Positions 28,004 to 37,442 of a stretch of DNA of 64,000 nucleotides are shown here, piece after piece; the first letter of the stretch is position 1, and every line of letters begins with the position of its first letter. The notes beneath the pieces were generated by a model that did not search any database, was not told the origin of the DNA, and was given only the letters and a program-made list of their open reading frames with translations. Source of the DNA: Bacteroidota bacterium (lineage in GTDB: Bacteria; Bacteroidota; Bacteroidia; Bacteroidales; UBA12077); assembly GCA_034661075.1 (NCBI GenBank), contig JAYEKP010000083.1, forward strand, positions 220-64,219, in the 5' to 3' direction. Made by a program: the position numbers and the translations under genes.

Positions 28004-30157
28004 TTATTCATTCTTATTTTTTTCCTCAGCATCTCCTTTTGCTGATTGATCTTTTTTGTTTTTGTCTTCTTCTTTTATTTCTTCTTTCTGATCTTTATCT
28101 TGTTGTTCTTTGCCGTTTAATTCATTTAATAACTCTTTCTTTTTTTCTTTTCGTTTTTCAGCCAGTTCTTCTCTCTTTTCCTGAGCTGATTTCCATGGCC
28201 TTTTCCCAAATATTTTTTCCATGTCTTCGGTAAAGATAACTTCTTTTTCAAGCAGCTGTTCGGCAAGTTGGGTTAATCCCTTTTTATGTTTTTTAAGTAT
28301 TTCAAAAGCACGGACATAAGCTTCTTCAATTAAATCTTTAACTTCCTGGTCAATTAACTCAGCTGTTTTTTCACTATATGGTTTGGTAAATGACATTTCG
28401 TTTTGTCCGGTAGAATCGTAAAAACTAACATGGCCTACTTTTTTGCTCATGCCAAAATAGGCTATCATTGCATAGGCTTGTTTGGTAATTTTTTCCAGAT
28501 CGTTCATGGCTCCGGTGGATACTTTTCCAAACATTAACTCTTCAGAAACACGGCCCCCTAATGCGGCACACATTTCATCAATTAGCTGATCGCGGGTAGT
28601 AATTTGTCTTTCTTCGGGCAAATACCATGCAGCACCTAAAGCTCGTCCGCGTGGGATAATGGTAACTTTTACCAGCGGGCTTGCATGTTCGAGCAACCAG
28701 CTTACCGTGGCATGGCCTGCTTCGTGGAAAGCAATGGTTCTTTTTTCTTCTTTAGAAATGATTTTACTTTTACGTTCCAGTCCTCCAACAATACGGTCTA
28801 CGGCATCAAGAAAATCTTGTCGTTCAACTACCTTCTTGCTTTTTCGTGCTGCAATTAAAGCCGATTCGTTACAAACATTGGCAATATCGGCACCGGAAAA
28901 TCCCGGAGTTTGTTTCGCCAGAAAATCAACATCTAAATTGGTTTCTAATTTTATTGGTTTTAGATGTACTTTAAAAATTTCTTTTCGCTCGTTAATATCT
29001 GGTAGTTCCAGATGTACCTGCCGGTCGAAACGTCCGGCACGTAATAAAGCACGGTCAAGAATATCGGCACGGTTGGTAGCGGCCATGATGATTACACCCA
29101 CATTGTTTCCAAAACCGTCCATCTCGGTTAATAGCTGGTTCAGGGTGTTTTCGCGTTCGTCATTAGAACCAAAATTAGGATTTTTTCCTCGAGCCCGGCC
29201 TATAGCATCAATCTCATCAATAAAGATAATACAGGGTGCTTTTTCTTTAGCTTGTTTAAAGAGGTCGCGAACCCTGGAGGCGCCAACTCCAACAAACATT
29301 TCAACAAAATCGGATCCAGACATGGAAAAGAATGGAACATTTGCTTCGCCCGCAACTGCTTTTGCAAGCAATGTTTTTCCGGTTCCGGGAGGTCCTACGA
29401 GTAATACTCCTTTAGGGATTTTTCCCCCTAAATCGGTATATTTTTTTGGTTTCTTCAAGAAGTCAACAATCTCACGTACTTCAACCTTTGCTTCTTCCAG
29501 TCCGGCAACATCTTTAAAATCAATTTTAATATTACTTTCCTTATCAAATAGTTGGGCTTTTGATTTTCCTACACTAAAAATATTACCTCCAGCACCACCA
29601 GGCCCTCCGCCTTTCGACATTCTGCGAACAATAAAAATCCAAATAGCCAGAATAATGAAAATAGGTAATAACCAACCAATAATATCACGCAAATAGTTGG
29701 GTTGTGTTTTGTAACTCACTTCAATATATTCGCCATCCAGGTATTTGTCTTGTGCTTCTCTTAACCATCGCTCAAAGTATTCGATAGACCCAATGGTAAA
29801 GAAAAAGTGAGGGCCATCTTGCGATACGCTGGAAAAGCTATTGTCAAATAAATCTTTATATCGCGCATCATTCAGACGGTCTTTTTTAATATAAATATTT
29901 GCTTTCTCTTTATTGATTACCTCAATTTTTTCTACATCTCCGTTCTTGAGCATATCGCGCTCAAATTCCTGCATGGAAATTTCTTTAGGCCCGGGAGAGA
30001 AGCTAAATAGTTGAAGCCCAATTAAAGTTAAAGCAATCAATCCATAAACCCAATAAATATTAAATTTGGGTTTTCCGCCTTTATTATTGGTGTTTTTTGA
30101 ATTGTTATTGTGTTTATTTTGATTGTTATTGTTTAACGATCCTTTATTATCTGTCAT
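28004..30157 (-). CDS. ftsH: ATP-dependent zinc metalloprotease FtsH
   Basis: Walker A GPPGTGKT, SRH region and HEAGH zinc motif. There is an N-rich N-terminal tail and a K/E-rich C-terminal tail. Confidence 0.97.
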   Translation of the reverse strand: MTDNKGSLNNNNQNKHNNNSKNTNNKGGKPKFNIYWVYGLIALTLIGLQLFSFSPGPKEISMQEFERDMLKNGDVEKIEVINKEKANIYIKKDRLNDARYKDLFDNSFSSVSQDGPHFFFTIGSIEYFERWLREAQDKYLDGEYIEVSYKTQPNYLRDIIGWLLPIFIILAIWIFIVRRMSKGGGPGGAGGNIFSVGKSKAQLFDKESNIKIDFKDVAGLEEAKVEVREIVDFLKKPKKYTDLGGKIPKGVLLVGPPGTGKTLLAKAVAGEANVPFFSMSGSDFVEMFVGVGASRVRDLFKQAKEKAPCIIFIDEIDAIGRARGKNPNFGSNDERENTLNQLLTEMDGFGNNVGVIIMAATNRADILDRALLRAGRFDRQVHLELPDINERKEIFKVHLKPIKLETNLDVDFLAKQTPGFSGADIANVCNESALIAARKSKKVVERQDFLDAVDRIVGGLERKSKIISKEEKRTIAFHEAGHATVSWLLEHASPLVKVTIIPRGRALGAAWYLPEERQITTRDQLIDEMCAALGGRVSEELMFGKVSTGAMNDLEKITKQAYAMIAYFGMSKKVGHVSFYDSTGQNEMSFTKPYSEKTAELIDQEVKDLIEEAYVRAFEILKKHKKGLTQLAEQLLEKEVIFTEDMEKIFGKRPWKSAQEKREELAEKRKEKKKELLNELNGKEQQDKDQKEEIKEEDKNKKDQSAKGDAEEKNKNE

Positions 30158-30178
30158 TCTTTTTATTCTCCTTTAAAA

Positions 30179-30562
30179 TTATTTTACAACATCTTTGTAA
30201 TGGGTAAGCTTTGCATCTGCCCATAAATCTTCCAGTTTATAGAAATTTCGATATTCATGCTGGAAAATATGAACAATTACATCGGCGTAATCGAGCAGTA
30301 CCCATGTAGCGTTTTCAAGGCCTTCCTTATGCCAGGCTTTTAATCCCAGTGTTTCTCTAACATTTTCTTCTACAGCGTCTGCCAGTACTTCTACCTGGGT
30401 GTTCGAATCTCCATGACAGACAATAAAATTGTTACAAAATGTATTTTCAATATTAGTTAAGTCTAAACTTACAGGGTCTTTTCCTTTTTTCTTATGTATC
30501 CCTTCAATTATTGCATCTATTAACTCTTCCGTACTATAATCTTTTGCTTGTTTATTTATCAT
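30179..30562 (-). CDS. rsfS: ribosome silencing factor RsfS
   Basis: 127 aa. ...FIVCHGDSNTQV...WVLLDYADVIVHIF is the RsfS/IojAP pattern. Confidence 0.9.
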   Translation of the reverse strand: MINKQAKDYSTEELIDAIIEGIHKKKGKDPVSLDLTNIENTFCNNFIVCHGDSNTQVEVLADAVEENVRETLGLKAWHKEGLENATWVLLDYADVIVHIFQHEYRNFYKLEDLWADAKLTHYKDVVK

Positions 30563-30812
30563 TAAAATTTATTTTTTGACAAAGGTAATGATTTTACATT
30601 ATAATTTTAAAACTCTGTTTGTGTTTAAGTTATTGTTTGTTCAGTTTATCAAAAACCATTCCTTTTAAAACAAAAAGAGCATGCTTTGGTTTGGTGCGTA
30701 AAAATGGCATTTTTTTACGAAGTAAAGATGATTTTATATAAGAATTTGTCAGTTTTTTTACTATATTGTCATTGTTTTGTAATTTCGTTCTATTTTTATA
30801 AAAATTTTTGGA

Positions 30813-31553
30813 ATGAAACCCTGGGATAAAATTATAACATTACCTTCGGCCGATTCAACAAATTCTTATGCTGCTCAATTATTACAATCGGAAAATATTG
30901 AGGAGGGAACTATTGTTTATACATACGATCAAAAGGCAGGACGAGGGTTAGGACAAAATACGTGGGAGAGCGAGAAAGGGAAAAATCTTACTTTTAGCAT
31001 CATTTTACTTCCTCATTTTTTATCCATTCAGCATCACTATATGCTTTCGAAAGTTATTTCATTGGGACTTTTTGAATATGTTTCCTCAAAATTGGCTGAT
31101 ATAAAAATTAAGTGGCCTAATGATATCTATTATAAAGATAAAAAATTAGCCGGCATACTTATTGAAAATAGTATAAAAGGCTCAATGATAAATTATTCTG
31201 TTGCAGGCATTGGGTTGAATCTGAATCAAGAACAATTTTTTAGCAATGCCCCTAATCCGGTTTCTTTAAAACAGATAACAGGGAAAAATTATTCTATTGA
31301 AGATGAATTGGTGTCTGTTAGGCATCACATTAAAAAAAATTACCAGAAATTACAATCCGGACACATGAATGAAATCAACCGGAAATATATTGAAAGTTTA
31401 TATCGTTTTAATAACTTTTATATGTTTCGTTGGAATAACCGGATTTATCGTGCAAAAATAACCGGAGTTAATGAGTACGGGCATTTGCAAATTTTAACCT
31501 CGGAGAACGAGACAAAAGAATTCGAAATTAAAGAAATTGAATTTTTAATTTAA
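30813..31553 (+). CDS. birA: biotin--[acetyl-CoA-carboxylase] ligase (no N-terminal HTH)
   Basis: QKAGRGLGQNTWES and KWPNDIYYKDKKLAGILIE motifs. Confidence 0.85.
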   Translation: MKPWDKIITLPSADSTNSYAAQLLQSENIEEGTIVYTYDQKAGRGLGQNTWESEKGKNLTFSIILLPHFLSIQHHYMLSKVISLGLFEYVSSKLADIKIKWPNDIYYKDKKLAGILIENSIKGSMINYSVAGIGLNLNQEQFFSNAPNPVSLKQITGKNYSIEDELVSVRHHIKKNYQKLQSGHMNEINRKYIESLYRFNNFYMFRWNNRIYRAKITGVNEYGHLQILTSENETKEFEIKEIEFLI

Positions 31554-31561
31554 CCTACAAA

Positions 31562-31990
31562 TTATTCTTCTTTTACTTTTTCGTTAAAAAAAGTAACCAT
31601 ATGATCAACCAACGAATCGATTCCTGTTTGCAGGTGTTTCCCCACCATCATTTTCATCATGGGATTGAGTTGGGCATCAATTGTTAAACGAATAGCGGTT
31701 GTGTTTTCTTCCTGCTCAATAGGTTTAAGCTGAATCCAAAAACTAAATCCAAAAGGAGCTTTCTCGTCGCTGGTTATTTTAATTAATTTATTAGGTTCTT
31801 TTTCAATGGTTTTGAGTCCGGCTTCACCAATTCCTTCCATCTTGAATTTACACCGATCTTCTGTTGCTTCAAAATCTGAAATTTTATCTTTAGGAATTAT
31901 ACTTTCTAAATTTCTGAAATCAGATAGAAAATCAAAAATTAACTGGTCCTGCTTATTTATTTTCCCAATTTTGCTGGTATACTTGCTCAT
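31562..31990 (-). CDS. SRPBCC/START-like hypothetical protein
   Basis: 142 aa with a length and beta-alpha pattern compatible with the SRPBCC fold. Weak assignment. Confidence 0.35.
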   Translation of the reverse strand: MSKYTSKIGKINKQDQLIFDFLSDFRNLESIIPKDKISDFEATEDRCKFKMEGIGEAGLKTIEKEPNKLIKITSDEKAPFGFSFWIQLKPIEQEENTTAIRLTIDAQLNPMMKMMVGKHLQTGIDSLVDHMVTFFNEKVKEE

Positions 31991-32016
31991 TTCTTTAATT
32001 TTTAATTACCACAGTT

Positions 32017-32649
32017 TTATTTACCCCACACTTCAGGGTTCTCTCTCCACTGGTTTAATGTTTCCAAATCAGATTCTTTGATATATCCGGTTTGTAGTGC
32101 AAATTGTAATAGTTGATTGTAATTTGACAATGTCTTTAATGAAATATTTGCTTTTTTAAAGTTGTCTTCGGCTATTTTAAAACCATAGGTAAAAATAGCC
32201 ACCATTCCAATTACTTTGATATTCTGGTTACGAAGTGCCTCAACCGCTTTAAGGCTGCTTTTGCCGGTTGAAATCAGGTCCTCGATTACGACTACTTTTT
32301 TTCCTTCCGGAATTTCTCCTTCAATTTGGTTTCCTAAGCCATGCTCTTTAGGTTTTGGGCGAACATACACAAAAGGAAGGTTTAAGGCATCGGCTACCAG
32401 GGCTCCAATAGCAATAGCTCCGGTTGCTACCCCGGCAATAAAGTCGGGTTTGTCAAATTTTTCAGTAACCACCTGTGCAAAATTTTCCTTAAGGAGATTT
32501 CTAATTTCAGGATATGATAAGGTTTTTCTGTTGTCGCAGTAAATTGGAGATTTCCAGCCTGAAGCCCAGGTAAACGAATTTGCTGGTTGCAACTTTATTG
32601 CTTTAATTTGCAATAACGATTGTGCAACTTTTTGTTCTAAATGTTTCAT
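32017..32649 (-). CDS. pyrE: orotate phosphoribosyltransferase
   Basis: PRPP-binding loop VVVIEDLISTGKS, and SGWKSPIYCDNR. Confidence 0.92.
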   Translation of the reverse strand: MKHLEQKVAQSLLQIKAIKLQPANSFTWASGWKSPIYCDNRKTLSYPEIRNLLKENFAQVVTEKFDKPDFIAGVATGAIAIGALVADALNLPFVYVRPKPKEHGLGNQIEGEIPEGKKVVVIEDLISTGKSSLKAVEALRNQNIKVIGMVAIFTYGFKIAEDNFKKANISLKTLSNYNQLLQFALQTGYIKESDLETLNQWRENPEVWGK

Positions 32650-33277
32650 GCCGCAAATGTATAAAGTTTTTTATAATCAAAGAATCGTTTTTTTTGTTGA
32701 TTATGCTAACCATCTGGAAGAAAATGCAAAAATTATTAAACATTTTTTCAAAAATAAATCTTTGCTCCAGCAAGTTATTGATGAATTTGTCAACAATGAG
32801 AATATTCAAATACTGTATATTATTTATTCTGATATAGATTTTGTTTTTAATCAGTTTAGATCGTTTTTTACCATTATAGAAGCAGCTGGAGGGTTGGTAA
32901 AGACTCCGGATGAAAGATTTTTAGTTATTTTTCGAAGAGGAAAGTGGGATTTGCCTAAAGGAAAATTGGAAAAGCCTGAACCACCAGAAAAAGGAGCCTT
33001 ACGGGAAGTAGAGGAGGAATGTGGAATTACCGGCTTGTATATAAAAAAACAGCTTGTAATAACCTGGCACACTTATAATCTAGGAAATCAGCCTATTTTA
33101 AAGAAAACGTATTGGTATGAGATGGCTCATAGTGGAAATGGAAAATTAAAACCGCAGATTGAAGAGGAGATTACTTTAGTGCAGTGGATGACAAAAAATG
33201 ATCTTCCTCAAATAATCAGTAACACTTTTCCTTCGATTATTGAGGTATTACAATCGGGAGGAGTAATTACTTCATAA
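32648..33277 (+). CDS. NUDIX hydrolase with N-terminal extension
   Basis: Nudix box GKLEKPEPPEKGALREVEEECG. The true start may be Met-4 (32657). Confidence 0.75.
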   Translation: MPQMYKVFYNQRIVFFVDYANHLEENAKIIKHFFKNKSLLQQVIDEFVNNENIQILYIIYSDIDFVFNQFRSFFTIIEAAGGLVKTPDERFLVIFRRGKWDLPKGKLEKPEPPEKGALREVEEECGITGLYIKKQLVITWHTYNLGNQPILKKTYWYEMAHSGNGKLKPQIEEEITLVQWMTKNDLPQIISNTFPSIIEVLQSGGVITS

Positions 33278-33283
33278 GAAGCT

Positions 33284-34690
33284 TTAAAGATCTCCAGCAT
33301 CCTTTAATATTTGGAAAATATATTGTTCTAAATTTTCGTCGGGTGCCGGTGCTGGCGACATAGAAAGTTTCCCTTCTTTATCGATAAAATAATAGGTTGG
33401 GAAAGCCCTGATATCATAATCTTTAAACACCTCGGGCTGATTACCATAATGGAGAAAAGTATAACTGTAACCTTTTTTTTCCACAAACCTTTTCATGTGG
33501 GGTAGGCTTTCGTCCATAGAAATAATTACAATTTCATAATGATCTTTGTGTAATTCGTTGAGCCGTTCTAACTTATCAAATTCCTGAATGCAGGCATAAC
33601 TAACGGTAGTACAAAATCCGAGGTAAACATATTTTCCTTTAAACGAATCGAGCGAAACCAAGCTGCTATCTTTTGTATATAAATTAAAAGCAGGAGGTTT
33701 AAAGCCAACCATAAGTTTGGTAACTTTAGATCTTATGTTTTGTGCTATTTTATGGTGTTCCGGAATGTTGGTTTGCATTGCTAAAGAATCTAAAACAACC
33801 AACATGGCGTTGCGCGAAAAATCATCATTGTAAAATTCATCGTGCAAACACTTTAAAATTACCAGTTCTTTAAGTGTATCATTGTTTAATACAGAATCCT
33901 GGCCTAAAGTGTTTTTTAATGCAGTGATACTTTTTTGTTCATTTATATCTTTATAAATTTTTTTGCCATAATGGGTGCGTCCAAAATATTGAAAATATTC
34001 ATCATAAACCTGATTAAATAGTTCCATGTAAGCCGGATTGTGATAAAGAACTTTGTTATTAAGATAATAGGTGTTCGAAATGCTTTTTGTTTTTTCCTGG
34101 TATGAAAGATGTCTGAAAGAGGCAAATCGGTATGTTTTGAAATCATTAAAAAAAGGATGATGAAAATCGGTAAATAATGAATCTGCTTTGTTTAACTCAT
34201 GGTCTACATTCAATTTTTTTGATTTGGAGTAGATTAGATATGCATTGTCATTCATCATTTTGCTGTACACTTCATCGAAAAAGGCCAATTGATAATTTAG
34301 TTCATTTTCCGATGTTTCTTCAATTCCAAGATGATATATTACAGGCTCAAAATAAGGATTTAACTCATCAATAAGTTTTTTTTTCTGTATCTCAGGAAAT
34401 AATAATTTATATTCTTCCCCCGGTTCTATAAAAACATATGCTTCGTAAATGCCCAGGTGCAAAAAAACATAAGTAGTTTGTTTTATATCAAAAGTGCAGG
34501 TAAATTCTCCGTTTTCGTCGGTAATTGTTGAGCAAAGTTTTTTTTCCGTATAGGTAATTTGATCATCGTAGGTAAAAAAAGAAATTTTTTTTTCCGGGTA
34601 TTCGGCTATATTCCCTTTTAATACAACCTGTTTACCTTGTGTAAACAAAGGGACAATAATGAAAAACAGAGAAAGAAACTTAACCCACAT
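33284..34690 (-). CDS. secreted TlpA/redoxin-like thioredoxin-fold protein with a long N-terminal domain and a non-canonical active site
   Basis: The C-terminal roughly 130 aa (FKGKYVYLGFCTTVSYACIQEF...AFPTYYFIDKEGK) align to the TlpA pattern FWASWCGPC...P, but read SYAC instead of CxxC. Confidence 0.55.
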   Translation of the reverse strand: MWVKFLSLFFIIVPLFTQGKQVVLKGNIAEYPEKKISFFTYDDQITYTEKKLCSTITDENGEFTCTFDIKQTTYVFLHLGIYEAYVFIEPGEEYKLLFPEIQKKKLIDELNPYFEPVIYHLGIEETSENELNYQLAFFDEVYSKMMNDNAYLIYSKSKKLNVDHELNKADSLFTDFHHPFFNDFKTYRFASFRHLSYQEKTKSISNTYYLNNKVLYHNPAYMELFNQVYDEYFQYFGRTHYGKKIYKDINEQKSITALKNTLGQDSVLNNDTLKELVILKCLHDEFYNDDFSRNAMLVVLDSLAMQTNIPEHHKIAQNIRSKVTKLMVGFKPPAFNLYTKDSSLVSLDSFKGKYVYLGFCTTVSYACIQEFDKLERLNELHKDHYEIVIISMDESLPHMKRFVEKKGYSYTFLHYGNQPEVFKDYDIRAFPTYYFIDKEGKLSMSPAPAPDENLEQYIFQILKDAGDL

Positions 34691-34691
34691 T

Positions 34692-35171
34692 TTATTTATT
34701 TTTAAGAAAATTTTTAATATTTATTTTAGCGGGAATAAATTTGCTTGCATCGCCTCCATGGCGCAAAATATCGCGAACAATAGATGAATTAATCGGGGTA
34801 TGTTCGGGCATGGTAAGAAAAAACACCGTATCAATTCCATGCGACATTGCTTTGTTTACTTGTGCAATGGCTCGTTCATATTCAAAATCAGCCGATGTAC
34901 GTAGTCCCCGTAAAATATAATTGGCATTGAGTTTTTTACACAAGTCAATAGTAAGGCCTTCAAAGTGAGTAATTTCAATGGTGGGATTGTCTTCAAAAAC
35001 CTGGTTTATGAATTTAATCTTATCATTTAATGAAAAAAAAGCATCTTTCTGGGCATTATAGCCAATGGCAATATATATTTTATCGAAAAGTTTAGAAGCT
35101 CGGTTAACAATGGATTCATGGCCAACAGTAAATGGATCAAAGGATCCCGGGAAAACGGCTATTTTATTCAT
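34692..35171 (-). CDS. coaD: pantetheine-phosphate adenylyltransferase
   Basis: AVFPGSFDPFTVGHESIV (the T/HxGH motif), 159 aa. Confidence 0.93.
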   Translation of the reverse strand: MNKIAVFPGSFDPFTVGHESIVNRASKLFDKIYIAIGYNAQKDAFFSLNDKIKFINQVFEDNPTIEITHFEGLTIDLCKKLNANYILRGLRTSADFEYERAIAQVNKAMSHGIDTVFFLTMPEHTPINSSIVRDILRHGGDASKFIPAKINIKNFLKNK

Positions 35172-35222
35172 TATTTTTATTTTTAGTAATCATTATTGTT
35201 ATTTATTGAATATGCAACAAAC

Positions 35223-36002
35223 TTATAACAAATGTTTGAAATAATCAGGTGCTTTTATTAAATGTGAACCATACCATGAAAATATTTTACCATCGACACG
35301 TTTAATAATTGTGTTAGGGAAAATTTCATTAAACTGATGAACATGTACATCTTTAAACGAATAGGGTTCGGATGATAGAAATATATAATCCGGATTTTGT
35401 GTTTCTATTTCTTGTATAGTTATTTCGGGATACCGGTTTTTTCTGTCTGCAAAAACATTGTCTAAACCAGCTAATAAAAGCATGTGATGAATATATGTAT
35501 CATTATTAATTGTCATGTAAGGATTTTTCCAAATTAAGTATGCGACTCTTTTTCTTTTTGTTGCCGGGATTTGTAACTCGCTAAATTTATTTTTTATACT
35601 TTTTATAAGGTTATCTGCATTTTCTTTTTGATGAGTAATAATACCAATATCCTGAATTAAAGTAAGCGCATCAGTAAAATTTTTAACATCACTTACATAC
35701 ACTTTACAATGATTCATGAGGAATTCAACTTGTTGTTTATTGTTTTCCTCTTTTGAGGCGATGATTAAGTCCGGATTTAGGGCTAAAATTTTCTGTATGT
35801 CTATGTCTTTAGGCCCTCCGATTTTTGGTTTTTGCGTTACTTCTTTTTTAGGATAAATACAATAATTGGTAATTGCGGCTACTTCTTTGTTTAAACTTAA
35901 ATCGAATAATAATTCTGTAATGGAAGGTACCAGGGAAACAATTGCTTTGGATTTAGTGTTATCTATATTACGGCCAGTTTGATTTTTTGAAATCATCATC
36001 AT
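35223..36002 (-). CDS. helical-backbone (TroA/BtuF-like) substrate-binding protein, no obvious signal peptide
   Basis: IVSLVPSITELLFDL...DLIIAS...PDYIFLSSEPY is the pattern of class III periplasmic binding proteins. The N-terminus is hydrophilic. Confidence 0.6.
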   Translation of the reverse strand: MMMISKNQTGRNIDNTKSKAIVSLVPSITELLFDLSLNKEVAAITNYCIYPKKEVTQKPKIGGPKDIDIQKILALNPDLIIASKEENNKQQVEFLMNHCKVYVSDVKNFTDALTLIQDIGIITHQKENADNLIKSIKNKFSELQIPATKRKRVAYLIWKNPYMTINNDTYIHHMLLLAGLDNVFADRKNRYPEITIQEIETQNPDYIFLSSEPYSFKDVHVHQFNEIFPNTIIKRVDGKIFSWYGSHLIKAPDYFKHLL

Positions 36003-36122
36003 TATTTTTTGTTTTTTTAAAATAATGGAAAAACAAATCGTAAAGCAAATTTATCGTGTAAAACTTGATTTTATGGCAAAAAATTAATAATATATTTGAA
36101 TTAATAAAAAAATATAAAGGAT

Positions 36123-36686
36123 ATGAAAGAGAAGAAAGAACAAGAAAGAAAAGATTATGAAATAAGAGCAGAAATTATTGTTAAACAACTACTATCCAAA
36201 ATTTATGAGCTTGAAGCTAAGGCATTGGAAACAAAGCTAAATGCTGAAAAAAACATGAAGGAAGTAGATGAAAGGCTCGATTCGCTAAAAAAACAAAGAG
36301 AAGAACTGGAGCAAAAATTTGATCAATTAAAGAAAGCCGGCCAGGATAAATGGGAATCGTTGGTAATGGAATTTGAAGAATTTTTAGCTGAAGTAAATAA
36401 TGATAAACAAGTATTTTACGAAAAAGCAGAGTTGTGGATCCAGGATGCTACAAAAAAAATCGATGAGCTGGAAGAAAAAGCTAAACATGCCAGCGAAGAT
36501 TTAAAGGTGAAGATTAATGATCAAATTGAACATATTAAAGAATATAAGCAATCGTTAGAAAAAAAGTTTGCTGACATGAAAAAATCACAAGATGGGAACT
36601 GGCATAAAATGAAAGATGGGATTGAAGAAGGTTTAACCAAGGTAAAAGATTCTATCGATAAGGCTTTTGATTATATGCGAAAGTGA
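36123..36686 (+). CDS. K/E-rich coiled-coil hypothetical protein
   Basis: 187 aa with heptad-like charged repeats throughout. The ORF ends at a strong terminator. Confidence 0.4.
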   Translation: MKEKKEQERKDYEIRAEIIVKQLLSKIYELEAKALETKLNAEKNMKEVDERLDSLKKQREELEQKFDQLKKAGQDKWESLVMEFEEFLAEVNNDKQVFYEKAELWIQDATKKIDELEEKAKHASEDLKVKINDQIEHIKEYKQSLEKKFADMKKSQDGNWHKMKDGIEEGLTKVKDSIDKAFDYMRK

Positions 36687-36698
36687 TAAATACAAAAT

Positions 36699-36720
36699 AG
36701 GGAGCTACTTAGAGCTCCCT
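36699..36720. terminator. bidirectional hairpin terminator
   Basis: AGGGAGCT-ACTTAG-AGCTCCCT is a perfect 8-bp GC-rich stem between convergent genes. Confidence 0.6.
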
Positions 36721-36743
36721 GTTCTTTAGTTTTTTATAATAAA

Positions 36744-37280
36744 TTAATAGCTTTTTATTTCAAGGCTACCGAATACAACATCCCCTTTAATATAAATATG
36801 GTTGGTATCCTTTCTGAAAAGTTCATTTTCGTATCGGCCTGTTCCAAAAGCAGCGGTATTTCCATTAGGTAATTTTGCCGAAGCAAAAGCTGCATCCGTT
36901 TTTATTTTTAACGGTGTGTTTTCATTAATTTTTACCACAGAACTTCCAAAAATGGTGTTGATTTTTATTTCTTTTGAGCCTTTCGTTAAGTCAATGTCTC
37001 TTAAATCAATAATCGTACTTCCAAAAATTACACTATATTCTTTAAAATTTTCATCCAGCCCTTGCACCTTGCTTTCGCTAAAGATTGTTGTCTCTTCGTC
37101 GGCTTTACCAGACGAAAAATTGTAGTTTCCAATAAGAATTTTAATACCAATAAAGATAAAGAAAAAGGCAATAATAAATTTTATCAGCGGGAAATCGATG
37201 TTGAACACAACACGAATTACTATTCCTAAGCCAATAAGAATGAGTAAAATTCCCCAAAAAAGACCTGCTCCCATTTTCAT
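36744..37280 (-). CDS. membrane protein with LiaF-like (DUF2154) C-terminal domain
   Basis: Two N-terminal TM helices, then a beta-rich C-terminal part with GS(T/S)xxD/K repeats (IFGSTIIDL, IFGSSVVKI, VVFGSLEIK). Confidence 0.45.
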   Translation of the reverse strand: MKMGAGLFWGILLILIGLGIVIRVVFNIDFPLIKFIIAFFFIFIGIKILIGNYNFSSGKADEETTIFSESKVQGLDENFKEYSVIFGSTIIDLRDIDLTKGSKEIKINTIFGSSVVKINENTPLKIKTDAAFASAKLPNGNTAAFGTGRYENELFRKDTNHIYIKGDVVFGSLEIKSY

Positions 37281-37319
37281 TTGTTTATTATTTATAATTC
37301 AATTGTCAGATGGAACCGC

Positions 37320-37369
37320 ATGATGTAAAATAATCATTGCTGTGTGTTTTAACGATTATGTTACATCAT
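37320..37369 (-). terminator. long imperfect hairpin downstream of lon
   Basis: ATGATGTAAAATAATCATT (37320-37338) pairs with AACGATTATGTTACATCAT (37351-37369), 19 bp with 2 mismatches. Confidence 0.45.
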
Positions 37370-37442
37370 ACTTGTTTCATAATTTTAAGAATTACACATC
37401 TGTTTAACAGATAAATTTAATGAATAAAAATTATTTGTCAAG

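Noticed and set aside
28659-29696. 345-aa ORF on the plus strand, antisense to ftsH. Similar long antisense ORFs are at 21844..22302 (cydA), 19445..19867 (DAHP synthase), 39085..39474 (lon), 53013..53345 (transketolase) and 15596..15967.
   Set aside because: Each lies entirely inside a confidently identified gene on the other strand. Their low-complexity S/P/R-rich composition is typical of shadow ORFs, and there is no independent support.
30702-30840. 46-codon ORF (MAFFYEVKMILYKNLSVFLLYCHCF...) in the rsfS-birA intergenic region, overlapping the birA start. A nearby hairpin is CGTAAAAA/TTTTTACG.
   Set aside because: The composition simply mirrors AT-rich intergenic DNA, it overlaps birA, and nothing supports it.
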